This document shows, piece by piece, positions 1-8,770 of a DNA stretch of 64,000 nt (position 1 is its first letter; each line of letters opens with the position of its first letter). A program made the position numbers and the translations under genes. Below the pieces are notes generated by a model. The model had not been told where the DNA came from. It saw only the letters and a program-made list of their open reading frames with translations, and did no database searches. This DNA is from a virus. The stretch covers positions 18,542-82,541 of IMG/VR virus record IMGVR_UViG_3300022682_000042; one strand, 5' to 3'.

Positions 1-2
1 CC

Positions 3-110
3 GACAAGCAAACTCAGGAGGCCGATACAGACCGGGTGAAACCACGTTATGAACGGGATATGTTTAGATTTCCGGGGGTCCAGGACCCAACCGGAGGAAC
101 GGCCAGTTAG
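3..110 (+). CDS. 3' end of an upstream gene, possibly a head-tail adaptor (partial)
   Basis: Frame is open from the window start to TAG at 108-110 (..DTDRVKPRYERDMFRFPG..). It is followed directly by the RBS of the next gene. Confidence 0.45.
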   Translation, partial: DKQTQEADTDRVKPRYERDMFRFPGVQDPTGGTAS

Positions 111-119
111 GAGGTTATT

Positions 120-899
120 ATGACACAGTACAGAAGCTACAAAAAGCCAGAAGTGCCATTTGGTATTATGGTTTCCGGTGGGTCTATTCCAGGCTGGTCC
201 TATGTCCATAAATTCGGGCGAAATCCGGCTTGTGCTGCCGATACCAAAGAAATCATCTGGGACGGCTCCAGAGGAACCTATGAATGGCCTGACTCGGCCT
301 GTACCCTGTCTATTCAATCTACTTCTGCCTGTGATGTAGCCACTACCGGGGCCGGGGCGCAAACGGTTAAAATCTATGGCCATAATGCCAGCCGGTCAGA
401 AATATCTGAGACCGTATCTCTAAATGGGACAACGACCGTTAATTCGGCCTGCGCTTATAGTCGGGTATTTAGAATGGAGGTTACTCAGGCCGGGTCAGAT
501 ATGCACAATCACGGCATTATATCGGCTTGTGCAAATAGCTATGGATTGGCCTATATTTCGGCTTCATACAATCAGACCTTGATGGCCCTATATTCTATTC
601 CAGATGACCGGGAGGGATTTTTGGTTGATTGGTATGGGTCTGTCAATATTTCAAGTAAAATTGCCGCTGAACGAGAGGCTGACCTAACTCTATGGATTCG
701 TGGGGCCAGTTCAAATAATGCTTTTCAGATTAAGGACTTTATTGGCCTTAACTCTAATGGGGCCGGTCATGCTGAAATAGATTTTAACCCGAACCGTTAT
801 CTAGCTCCCGGTACAGACCTTTATATTTCAGCTTGCGCCCAGGATGCTGATACAGACATATCGGCCGGTTTTGACATTTACCTACATGATATAACGTAA
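120..899 (+). CDS. Phage hypothetical protein, probably virion-associated
   Basis: 259 aa with a GGAGG RBS and an HKFGRNP motif. Ser/Thr/Gly-rich. All six Cys lie in xAC motifs. Confidence 0.65.
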   Translation: MTQYRSYKKPEVPFGIMVSGGSIPGWSYVHKFGRNPACAADTKEIIWDGSRGTYEWPDSACTLSIQSTSACDVATTGAGAQTVKIYGHNASRSEISETVSLNGTTTVNSACAYSRVFRMEVTQAGSDMHNHGIISACANSYGLAYISASYNQTLMALYSIPDDREGFLVDWYGSVNISSKIAAEREADLTLWIRGASSNNAFQIKDFIGLNSNGAGHAEIDFNPNRYLAPGTDLYISACAQDADTDISAGFDIYLHDIT

Positions 900-1014
900 C
901 CCCTTGCAGTCTGCCTCAAAATGTTGTATAGTATTTTTACAGATTACAACAGTTTGATATGGGCCGGGGGTCCCTGGTCAGAAAAGGAAAACTACCTTGC
1001 AAAAGGAGAAGGAG

Positions 1015-2426
1015 GTGGGCCAGGGCAGTTCTATTCAAGCGTATAACGTTGTCTTCATTTATGCAGACAATCAGCATGAATGGAACTGCTCTAGTCCCAG
1101 TGGCGTAGTCTATCGCCATCAAGTGGTTTGAATCGGGCCGGCCAAGGCTGGTCTGGTAGACTCATTCACGTTTCCGGATTCACCGAGTTCCTCAACCCCG
1201 TCATTCAAGACATTCTGATGCCGGCCGATGTGATTATCGTCCAACGTAATGTCATCCATCCCAGGGTTTATGATGCTATGGCCTATTGGCAAGGGATGGG
1301 AAAACCGGTAGTGGTTGATCTGGATGACGCCTACCATTTTTTGCCCTGGTCCAATCCGGCCCGGCCTTTCTGGTTCCTGAAACCCCTGCCGGATGTAGAC
1401 GGGGTAGAACGGGAAGGGGCCGGTATTAGGTTGCTTGAGGAAGGTCTGGTTAGAGCTGACGGTCTGGTAGCCCCGAACAAGCTGTTGTTGGCCGATTGGG
1501 AGTATGCCAGCGGCAATAGTTATTTTATCCAGAATTATGCCGAGCCATCCTGGTGGGGAGTGCCACCCCCCGGCCCGTGGGTTCCATCCGGTCAACAACA
1601 TTGGACCTGTAAAGATGATGACCGGCTCTGGCCCGTTAAGTGGTGGCGAGACAGAAACAGAACGGTCAGGGGCCTACCCCCCCGGTCTATCCTCAAGAAA
1701 GGATTGGGGATAAAAGATAGAATAGTTATTGGGTGGGGTGGGTCGATGTCCCACTATGACAGTTTTTGGGGGAGTGGTCTAATGCAAGCCATCCCCAAAA
1801 TATCGGCCCGATACCCCGAAGTCCTGTGGATGATCTGTGGGGGCGAGAAACGGCTTTATGAACAGTTAGAGGTTCCGGCCCGACAAAAGTTCTGGCAACA
1901 CGGCGTTCCTCCCCAACAATGGCCCGAAATAGTCTGCCGGTTTGACGTGGGCCTGGCCCCCCTGTATGGGCCTTATGACCAGCGTCGGTCCTGGATAAAA
2001 GGAATTGAGTATGCTCTGGCCGGAACCCCGTGGGTTGCTACCAGGGGCGAGACTTACAAGGGCCTGATAGACTGGCCTGCCGGCCTACAAGGGCCGGAAA
2101 GCGCCGAATGGTGGGAAGATAGCTTAGAGGTTATTCTGTCTGACCTTGAGGGCTGGCAGGATAAGGCCGAGGCCCTGTTACCGGAGGCCCGAAAGCGGTT
2201 CATTATTGACAATAACCTGGACAAATACAGTCAGGCTATTAACCAGATGATAGCCGATAAACAACAGGCCGGGCAGGGTGAGGTGGTTCTGCCGAACGTG
2301 ATAAGGATACCAAAAAATGGCAAAAAGGAAAAGGAAGTCAGTCGGGACATCCCGACCGGAGAAATTATCAGTCTTGACGGCCCAGGCCCCAATGGGGTCA
2401 GAGAGGTTGAAATTAAAACCGGGTAA
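1015..2426 (+). CDS. GT-B glycosyltransferase; N-terminus (1015-~1097) is in a different frame from the body (1095-2426)
   Basis: Motifs ADVIIVQR, VVVDLDD, VIGWGGSMSHYD, FDVGLAPL and SWIKGIEYALAGTPWVAT. An RBS plus GTG at 1015 opens YADNQHEWNCS, which needs a -1 shift to join SQWR..LNRAG. Confidence 0.75.
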
Positions 2427-2624
2427 TGTGTTGATGTTGGCTGAGGAGGTTGGGGGTCAATTGCCGACTATTGCCGGGGTTGAGGTAGGACGGGCTTTGA
2501 CTTATGATTTGATACAATTTCTGAATAGGAATTGTTGACCGAAATAGGTTTGGTGATTATCCGAATCATAAATTTGTACCCTATACAGCCAATATTCTTC
2601 GTGTCAATCTCTGTTGCTTAAGCC

Positions 2625-2727
2625 ATATAACGCCCGCCAATAAGCCGCGCCAACGGGACTTGGTTTATAGTTGAGCCTTACAGCCAGAGGCACGTGTCTG
2701 GCGTCGGCTTTATTGGCTTTGTTAGGT
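2625..2727 (-). mobile_element. attC-type recombination site 4
   Basis: Minus strand ACCTAAC-AAAGC-CAATAAAGCCGACGCCA...TGGCGCGGCTTATTG-GCGGGC-GTTATAT. Imperfect inverted repeat with two extra bases on the R''-L'' arm. Confidence 0.8.
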
Positions 2728-2961
2728 TGCGTCTTGGCTATCTTGCATTGCCAGATACAGCCCTAGCACAACTTTGTCCATTACCATTTCAAGATCGGTT
2801 TGCGACCAGATTGCAAACCCTTTTTGCTTGTCAAAAATAGCCTGATTTATTTTGCGACGTTTTAATGGCTTACCTGTTCGCTTATTTAGACCGTAGTCAA
2901 AATCTTCCGTAAGGCACTTTAATATTTTTTTCTTTGCTAACCGTATATCTGATTTGTTCAT
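2722..2961 (-). CDS. Cassette 4 hypothetical protein
   Basis: 79 aa. ATG follows the core site GTTAGGTTGC; the stop lies inside the inverse core GCAACCTAAC. Confidence 0.75.
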   Translation of the reverse strand: MNKSDIRLAKKKILKCLTEDFDYGLNKRTGKPLKRRKINQAIFDKQKGFAIWSQTDLEMVMDKVVLGLYLAMQDSQDAT

Positions 2962-2965
2962 AGCA

Positions 2966-3051
2966 ACCTAACGCCCGCCAATGAGCGGCGGGCTACTGTG
3001 ATTGTTTGTGATGGCCAGAATCAACCGTCCGCTCCATTGGCATTGTTGGGC
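2966..3051 (-). mobile_element. attC-type recombination site 3
   Basis: Minus strand GCCCAAC-AATGC-CAATGGAGCGGACGG...CCGCCGCTCATTG-GCGGGC-GTTAGGT. Confidence 0.8.
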
Positions 3052-3199
3052 GGATGCATACCGGATAGCAATGCTTCTGGTATGATGCGCCCTGAGCGTT
3101 TGGTTGAAAAAAATACATTTTCTGGCCTGCCTCGATAACCGCACCGCATTTGTCACAGGTCGTTATGTAATCGTTGACAACTGGCTCAAAATTAAACAA
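2993..3199 (-). CDS. Cassette 3 small Cys/His-rich hypothetical protein
   Basis: 68 aa with a GAGGTGG RBS and TTG start. CDKC...HCYPVC. The frame reads into attC 3. Confidence 0.55.
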   Translation of the reverse strand: MFNFEPVVNDYITTCDKCGAVIEAGQKMYFFQPNAQGASYQKHCYPVCIRPTMPMERTVDSGHHKQSQ

Positions 3200-3219
3200 G
3201 TTCCACCTCTAAGCTATCC

Positions 3220-3345
3220 GCCTAACGATCTGAGTTGTGGCGATTGCGGGTTGGCTCCACAACTATGATTTACAGAATATTTGCAGCCCCAACCGACCAC
3301 AATTAAAAGCAAGATTAGCAATTCGCTACGAACGACTTGTTAGCT
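3220..3345 (-). mobile_element. attC-type recombination site 2
   Basis: Minus strand AGCTAAC-AAGTC-GTTCGTAGCGAATTGC...GCAATCGCCACAACT-CAGATC-GTTAGGC. Extra C and A on the R''-L'' arm give G and T on the bottom strand. Confidence 0.8.
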
Positions 3346-3573
3346 ACCGTGACGGCTGGCATAGACACGCAAACACCGCTTGCAGGCATTGGCTAACGGT
3401 ACATTTATGGTCATCCGGTAGCCATTAGAATATTTTCCGCTGGTATCAAAACCACGTCCGCAAATTGGCGCACTAATATGTCCGGCTTCAATTAAATTTT
3501 GGCGGCTTTTACCTTCGCCAGCCTCATAAACCAAATGTAACTTTTGACCACCTTTGATTTGCATATAACGCAT
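3340..3573 (-). CDS. Cassette 2 hypothetical protein
   Basis: 77 aa. GGAGG RBS follows the core GTTAGCTACC; the stop lies in the inverse core GGTAGCTAAC. CGR..CKRC. Confidence 0.75.
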   Translation of the reverse strand: MRYMQIKGGQKLHLVYEAGEGKSRQNLIEAGHISAPICGRGFDTSGKYSNGYRMTINVPLANACKRCLRVYASRHGS

Positions 3574-3593
3574 TTTGGCCTCCAAAAGAAGGT

Positions 3594-3718
3594 AGCTAAC
3601 TATTGAGTTGTGGCGATTGCGGGCCAGCACCGAACCGCAACATAATTGATAGATACGCTGGCAAGACTATTTCAAAAATCGCTGTGGTAGCAATTCGCCC
3701 ACCAACGATTTGTTATTA
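3594..3718 (-). mobile_element. attC-type recombination site 1
   Basis: Minus strand TAATAAC-AAATC-GTTGGTGGGCGAATTGC...GCAATCGCCACAACT-CAATA-GTTAGCT. The arms are nearly identical to those of attC 2. Confidence 0.75.
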
Positions 3719-4005
3719 CGGGGTTGGATTACAAAGCCGTATTTCTCTTGCCTCACCCGTTCTTTTTCAACCCAAAGGGCGCGGACATTAGCCACTTTCT
3801 GGTTATCAATTTCACCATCTGTAAATAATATCCCTTCGGGGTCATCGCGGTAATCCCACACCCCGCCAAGTTTAACTTCGCCTGTTTCTCTATCAAAAAC
3901 AACTTCAAGGGCCAACCCTAACGGATGAAAGAACTGCCGGTTCGCCTCTTGCAAAAAACCCTTCTCTTGAAATTCTTTTATGTTTATACGTTTGATTTCT
4001 GGCAT
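3667..4005 (-). CDS. Cassette 1 phage-type hypothetical protein
   Basis: 112 aa with a GGAGG RBS (MPEIKRINIKEFQEKGFLQEANRQFFHPLGLALEV). The frame reads into attC 1. Confidence 0.75.
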   Translation of the reverse strand: MPEIKRINIKEFQEKGFLQEANRQFFHPLGLALEVVFDRETGEVKLGGVWDYRDDPEGILFTDGEIDNQKVANVRALWVEKERVRQEKYGFVIQPRNNKSLVGELLPQRFLK

Positions 4006-4029
4006 CTTGCCTCCGATCTTAAAACAAGT

Positions 4030-4093
4030 ACATAACAATATTATAACATTACACCTTGCTTGATATTATACCCAACCTATGCTATAATGTCAA
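4030..4093. promoter_or_regulatory. attI-like core sites plus superimposed divergent sigma70 promoters
   Basis: Minus: TTGACA(4093-4088)-17-TATAAT(4070-4065), then GTTATAA and GTTATGT cores. Plus: TTGATA(4060-4065)-17-TATAAT(4083-4088), 7 nt before ATG 4096. Confidence 0.75.
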
Positions 4094-4095
4094 AT

Positions 4096-4758
4096 ATGAA
4101 ACCATCAAATGAATTACAACAAAAATTGGACAGTGCCTTTGCCGGCCTGTCCAAGAATACCGTCCGGCTTTACTCTCACTGGATTATTGAGTTGGCCAAA
4201 TTCCACGCGCCGCTCAAACTATCCGAGCTTGAACAATGGTATATTGACCAGTTTTTGGCCTGGATGGTCCGGCCCGGTGAATACTCCCGATCTACTACCA
4301 ATCAGGCCAAAAGGGCGATCCGTCTGTTTTATGAGTCGCTCGGCAGGCCGGTCAATGTACAAATGGTATCGACCCGGCACAAATCCCGACCAGTCGATAC
4401 CATCAGCCGGGAGCAGGTCAAGGAGGTTTTGTCCCGGTTGCCACTGCTGTACCAGATGCTGGCTGGCGACATTTACCACAACCTGACCCGACCCGGCGAG
4501 GTCGTCAAGCAGTCGAGGTCCAGGGGTGGATATACCGCCGTCTCTACCCTAACCAATCACATCAAACAAGCCGGTAAGGAGGCCGGGATTATCAAGCCGG
4601 TAACAGCGATAACACTATATCAGTCCGGCATTGTTCATCGGCTTGAGGATAACGGACCGGTGGCAGTAATGGAACTAACAGGGCTAAAACCAAGTACAAT
4701 TCAGAGGTACTTGAGACAGACTAAAAATAGTGATATAATAAATAAAAAGGGGTTTTAA
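4096..4758 (+). CDS. Shortened, catalytically degenerate integron-integrase-like tyrosine recombinase
   Basis: 220 aa. IntI-like N-terminal SAM domain (SKNTVRLYSHWI..FH..IDQFL..SRSTTNQAKRAIRLFY) and AGIIKPVT. HxxR is replaced by ITLYQS and LGH by TGL. The first Arg (RPGE) and the Tyr (QRY) are kept. Confidence 0.7.
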   Translation: MKPSNELQQKLDSAFAGLSKNTVRLYSHWIIELAKFHAPLKLSELEQWYIDQFLAWMVRPGEYSRSTTNQAKRAIRLFYESLGRPVNVQMVSTRHKSRPVDTISREQVKEVLSRLPLLYQMLAGDIYHNLTRPGEVVKQSRSRGGYTAVSTLTNHIKQAGKEAGIIKPVTAITLYQSGIVHRLEDNGPVAVMELTGLKPSTIQRYLRQTKNSDIINKKGF

Positions 4759-5927
4759 TGAAAACTATTGTAGTTAGCCATCAACCGACTTTTTTACCCA
4801 TTATCCGGCAATTGTCTCAATTAGGATGGACCATTATCACCCTGACCCAACCCTATGCCCAGGAATTGGGCAATCAGGGAATTGAGGCCAAACCTCTGGG
4901 GGCCTTTGGGGGCGAAGGACAAGACTCGGCCTTTGCCTGGGCCGGGGCCTGTATCTCGGCCCTGTCCGGCCTGGAACTGAACGGGGCCGGGCCGGGGCCG
5001 ATAGGTTGGCTCAGACAAAACTCAGTCCCCTTTTACTATCCCAGATTGGCCGACATGGGGATGATCGTTGTCTGTCTTGAAAATCTCAAGCCTGATTTGG
5101 TCTTGCTACATAATGATGTAGAACCGGCGACCAGGGCCGTAGCTCTGTGGGCCAAAACCAAGTCGGTTCCTTGTCTACACATCCCTCACGCTATTTACCA
5201 ACTGGTCAACCGGGGGCCTCTAGGGACCGATGTCCACGACTTGGTAACGGCCTCGAATATCGGGGTGGCCGGCCCTTTCCAGCGGGTCTGGTATGAGGCT
5301 TGTGGGGCTGAACCGGCTAATGTCAGGGAGACCGGCCTGCCTCAGTTCGATGGGTGGGCCACCCGGCAATCGGGGGACCAAAAGAAGGCCAAGAAATTGT
5401 TGGGCCTTGACCCAAACAGGCCGGTAGTAGCTTACGGGGGAACCTGGCCCCAGGGGACCAATGCCGGGGGCCTAAATGATGAATGGCAATTTGTCTACTT
5501 CTCTTTTCTTGAGGCAGCCAACCGGCTTGGCTTTCAGGCTGTAGTCAAATGTCATCCCAGGGGAGGAAAACAGAATTGGGACTGGCACGTGCAACAGGCA
5601 ACCGAGGCCGGCCTGGATGGAGTTGTAACCCCATCTCACCTGGAACAAGTGATAGATGCCTCTGACCTATTTCTGGCCCCCTACGGCTCTAATGTATTGC
5701 TTGAGGCGGCCCATAATCCGGCCTGTCGACTGGCTACGACCCACGGCTATAAGGGAGACAGGGCCGTGGAAAAAGTGCCGATAGACCCAGACGGGATGGC
5801 CGAGGCCCTGGGTAAATTATTGACCGAAGAACCCAGGCCAACCGGGACCTTGTTGGCCAAGTACCTGGGAGACCGGGATGGGTTAGCCTGGCAACGGGTA
5901 GTAGGGTATTGTGAGGAGTTGGCCTGA
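4758..5927 (+). CDS. GT-B fold transferase, capsule-polysaccharide/sialyltransferase-like
   Basis: 389 aa. PDLVLLHND, CLHIPHA, TGLPQFD, VVKCHPRG, SNVLLEAA. The KxHP motif is typical of CMP-/CDP-donor GT-B enzymes. Confidence 0.65.
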   Translation: MKTIVVSHQPTFLPIIRQLSQLGWTIITLTQPYAQELGNQGIEAKPLGAFGGEGQDSAFAWAGACISALSGLELNGAGPGPIGWLRQNSVPFYYPRLADMGMIVVCLENLKPDLVLLHNDVEPATRAVALWAKTKSVPCLHIPHAIYQLVNRGPLGTDVHDLVTASNIGVAGPFQRVWYEACGAEPANVRETGLPQFDGWATRQSGDQKKAKKLLGLDPNRPVVAYGGTWPQGTNAGGLNDEWQFVYFSFLEAANRLGFQAVVKCHPRGGKQNWDWHVQQATEAGLDGVVTPSHLEQVIDASDLFLAPYGSNVLLEAAHNPACRLATTHGYKGDRAVEKVPIDPDGMAEALGKLLTEEPRPTGTLLAKYLGDRDGLAWQRVVGYCEELA

Positions 5928-6403
5928 TGCCCCCAATACGTTTGAAAATTGAGACCCACCCATCTTTAGAGCAAGTCTCTTTACCTTACCGGAAATTTAG
6001 AGAAAAGGATTTGGCCGGGTTTATGGAGACATTAGCCGGGATATTGCATCAAAATATCCAGGATGTTGCCCCAGTTCGAACCGGTGTTGGCCGAAAAAGT
6101 ATTGTTGCTCGAAAAAGAAAAGATTTGGAATGGGCAATCTTAATTGATAGACGGTTTCGGGGTGGGAAATATATGACCTGGCAACATGAAGGGGTTTCAC
6201 CTTCAAAAATAAATCCGATAGTTCCTAGAAAAAAACAGGCCCTTTGGTGGAGTGGGCTTCCTCATCCGATAGCTATTGTCAGAAATCATCCAGGCATTAA
6301 ACGGCTTGGATTTTTCGAGACTGGAATTGAAATGAGTAGAGGAGACCTTGATTCTGCCAGAGATTTGATAGGGGCTGAAATACAAAGAAAGTTTGAGGAA
6401 TAA
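5927..6403 (+). CDS. HK97 gp10-like head-tail joining protein
   Basis: APVRTGVGRKSI and HPGIKRLGFF motifs; basic; lies before the tail genes. Confidence 0.65.
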   Translation: MPPIRLKIETHPSLEQVSLPYRKFREKDLAGFMETLAGILHQNIQDVAPVRTGVGRKSIVARKRKDLEWAILIDRRFRGGKYMTWQHEGVSPSKINPIVPRKKQALWWSGLPHPIAIVRNHPGIKRLGFFETGIEMSRGDLDSARDLIGAEIQRKFEE

Positions 6404-6748
6404 TTATTCTAAGGGAAAAGATAACTGAGACCAGTTTCTCGGTCTAGTAATAACAATAGATTTTTGTTGGTTATCTGGTAAGTTTGTCAATAAAAAGCTT
6501 GACAGTTTGTTGTCAAGATATTTATTTAATTGTTGCGCTAAAAACAAGCTAATATTATCAACAGTATATGAAATTCTTATCAAAATAAAATCATATTTTT
6601 TAGCAAAGTTGTTTTTGATTTGGTCATTTTCTTGAGTTTTTTGTAGGCCATCTTTTCCCCCAAATTCTGCAACTGGTTCAAAGTGTTGCCGCCCATCATA
6701 TTCAATTAAGAACTGTAATTTCCCAATTCTGTAATTACAAAGGGCCAC
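6404..6748 (-). pseudogene. C-terminal remnant of a Vsr/DUF559-like endonuclease
   Basis: LIEYDGRQHF..FGG..QENDQIKNNFAKK..LIRISY. AT-rich, no clear RBS, N-terminal part missing. Confidence 0.55.
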
Positions 6749-7023
6749 CCCTATGGTCTACCCGCAACAGTTTTTGTAAGAACTGACGGCATAGAGGCGG
6801 CCCTTTGTAAGCCAGTTGTCCAAATAAAAAACCGTTGCTTGCAGACAAGAATATTATACCACAATACTTGGACCGACACAAGTACCCCCTTGTCAACCTC
6901 CCCTAATTATGTTATACTATTCCTAGAAATCCCAACGGCCAGCTAGCCCCTGGCCCACAACCTAAAGACAGTAATCAGGCCGAGAGGACCGGCATCCTCT
7001 CGGCCTTTTTGTATTGGAGCAAA

Positions 7024-7452
7024 ATGTCAGCTTCAAATATTGCATCGGCCCTGGTCACTACTTTATCTAGTGCATCACGGTTTGGGCCAAAATGTGTTGG
7101 GCTTGATTTTGGGGTACTTGAGACAAGTTCGGCCTCTGGGATTGTAGTCTCCTGGGCCACAGTCGAGGCCATGCAGGGTCAGTTCGGGGACCGGCCCGAA
7201 AGTGACCGGGAATGGACTTTCCTGCTGGATACATTTAGTAAGGACACCGGTAACGTCAAATCGGTATTAGCCCGAACTTTGGCCTGTGTGGATGATGTGT
7301 TGGGGGCCATCGGGGATGACCCGACCTTGCAGGGAACGGTCGAAAGGGTATCGGCCATCCGAGGCCGGCGGAATGTTGACCTGGCTTATGAGGCCGGGGG
7401 CTTTACCTGGCTACGGATGCCGATAGAGGTAGATGTCGTTGAATGGCCTTAG
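7024..7452 (+). CDS. Putative tail terminator/tail completion protein
   Basis: 142 aa with a GGAG RBS. DPTLQGTV motif; lies before the tail tube gene. Confidence 0.55.
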   Translation: MSASNIASALVTTLSSASRFGPKCVGLDFGVLETSSASGIVVSWATVEAMQGQFGDRPESDREWTFLLDTFSKDTGNVKSVLARTLACVDDVLGAIGDDPTLQGTVERVSAIRGRRNVDLAYEAGGFTWLRMPIEVDVVEWP

Positions 7453-7702
7453 TCATATTCAACTAAATTTCAACTTGTTTATTGTAAAGTTGAATCTAGT
7501 AATCACAAAGTGATATTTAATGTTATCCCCTAGCTTGTAGCATCGCCTCATGATTGAGGAATTACTGGGTCAAGTACGCCATAAAATTGTAGGTCATTTG
7601 CCTCAGTAATTAGAGTTGGATGTATGACTGCATCCATTGATTAAAATTATAACACAAGTTTAAAATATATAGAAATGGCCTTACGGGTAGAAAGGGGGCC
7701 TT

Positions 7703-7927
7703 ATGTCCAAAAAGAAGAAACTGTATCGGATATTAGAGCCGGGGGGCCTAACCCTGGCCGGCAAACATTTTGTTGAGCATCAGGAATATGACCTGTTGGC
7801 TGAAGGGTGGGGGACCGGTGACATTGGCCCGGCCCTCCGGTCAAATATGATAGTTGAGGCCGGGGAGGTTGAGGAACCTGAACCGGCCAAAAAAGAACAG
7901 ATAACAAAGGAGAAAGACAATGACTAG
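7703..7927 (+). CDS. Small hypothetical protein
   Basis: 74 aa; overlaps the tail tube start. Confidence 0.55.
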   Translation: MSKKKKLYRILEPGGLTLAGKHFVEHQEYDLLAEGWGTGDIGPALRSNMIVEAGEVEEPEPAKKEQITKEKDND

Positions 7928-8342
7928 AAAGTCGGCGCGTGACGCCTATATCGTTATTCTGGATGGTAATTCGGCCAGTCAGAATATCAGTGGCCGGTCC
8001 AATAGTTATACATTCAGCTTTACCTCGGAAGAGGTGGACGTGACTACCTTTGGGGCCTTATACCGGGAACGGGTGGCCGATGGTTTGCGGGATTGGTCTC
8101 TGGAATTGGGTGGTTTTTGGGACGGGGCAGCCTCCCAGATTGACGATATTTTTTCCAGTGTGTTTGCAGCCTGTACGTCGGTTTGTCTGTACCCGGCCGG
8201 TTCATCGGTCTCGACCTACTATTCCGGCTGTGCAATTTTGCAGGACTACACGGTCGAGGGGGCCGTTGAAGGAGTTGTCTCCTGGTCGGCCACCTTGATG
8301 GCGGCCAGTATCCTCAATTGGACTGATGGTGATGGTATTTAA
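7920..8342 (+). CDS. Tail tube (major tail) protein
   Basis: EEVDVTTFG..RERVADGLRDWSLELGGFWD and YTVEGAVEGVVSWSATL, a TP901-1-like tube pattern. Confidence 0.8.
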   Translation: MTRKSARDAYIVILDGNSASQNISGRSNSYTFSFTSEEVDVTTFGALYRERVADGLRDWSLELGGFWDGAASQIDDIFSSVFAACTSVCLYPAGSSVSTYYSGCAILQDYTVEGAVEGVVSWSATLMAASILNWTDGDGI

Positions 8343-8770
8343 TGGCAACTAGGGAGGCCAATACAATGGCTAAAACTAAAATGGTGATGCCGGTCAGAAC
8401 CCGGCAAGTTGAACTTGATGGGGCCTGGGAGGGGTGGCAATTCGAGGGCCGGGTCAATCCCCCTATTGCTATTCTGGATAAGTTACAGTCTGACCGGTTC
8501 CACGATATTTGTGAGGCCCTGGGGTCTATTATCCTTGATTGGAATTTTGTAGATGAGGAAGGCCAACCCCTGGACTCTCCCCCCCAGGCCAAAGAGAAGG
8601 CCATCAAGCAATACCGGGCCAATTTGAACGGGGATAAACCTACCCTGACCGAGGAAAAGATCATAGGGATTGAGGCCGCTACTCAGGCGGCGGCAGCCCT
8701 GCCTTTTGACCTGGCTATTGCTGTTTCGGCGGCCCTGTCCCGGTCTATTGCTACACCGGACCCAAACTAA
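8342..8770 (+). CDS. Tail assembly chaperone G
   Basis: Lies between the tube and tape measure genes; IILDWNFVDEEGQPL. Confidence 0.75.
   Translation: MATREANTMAKTKMVMPVRTRQVELDGAWEGWQFEGRVNPPIAILDKLQSDRFHDICEALGSIILDWNFVDEEGQPLDSPPQAKEKAIKQYRANLNGDKPTLTEEKIIGIEAATQAAAALPFDLAIAVSAALSRSIATPDPN

Noticed and set aside
2430-2624. Possible fifth cassette after attC 4
   Set aside because: A core site GTTATAT is present, but I found no convincing ORF, inverse core or attC. At most a remnant.
3220-3718. Repeated GAGTTGTGGCGATTGCGGG as CRISPR or REP repeats
   Set aside because: Explained as the arms of two related attC-type sites that flank whole genes.
4096-4758. Functional prophage integrase
   Set aside because: Catalytic HxxR and H/W residues are missing, and no attP or host junction is visible.
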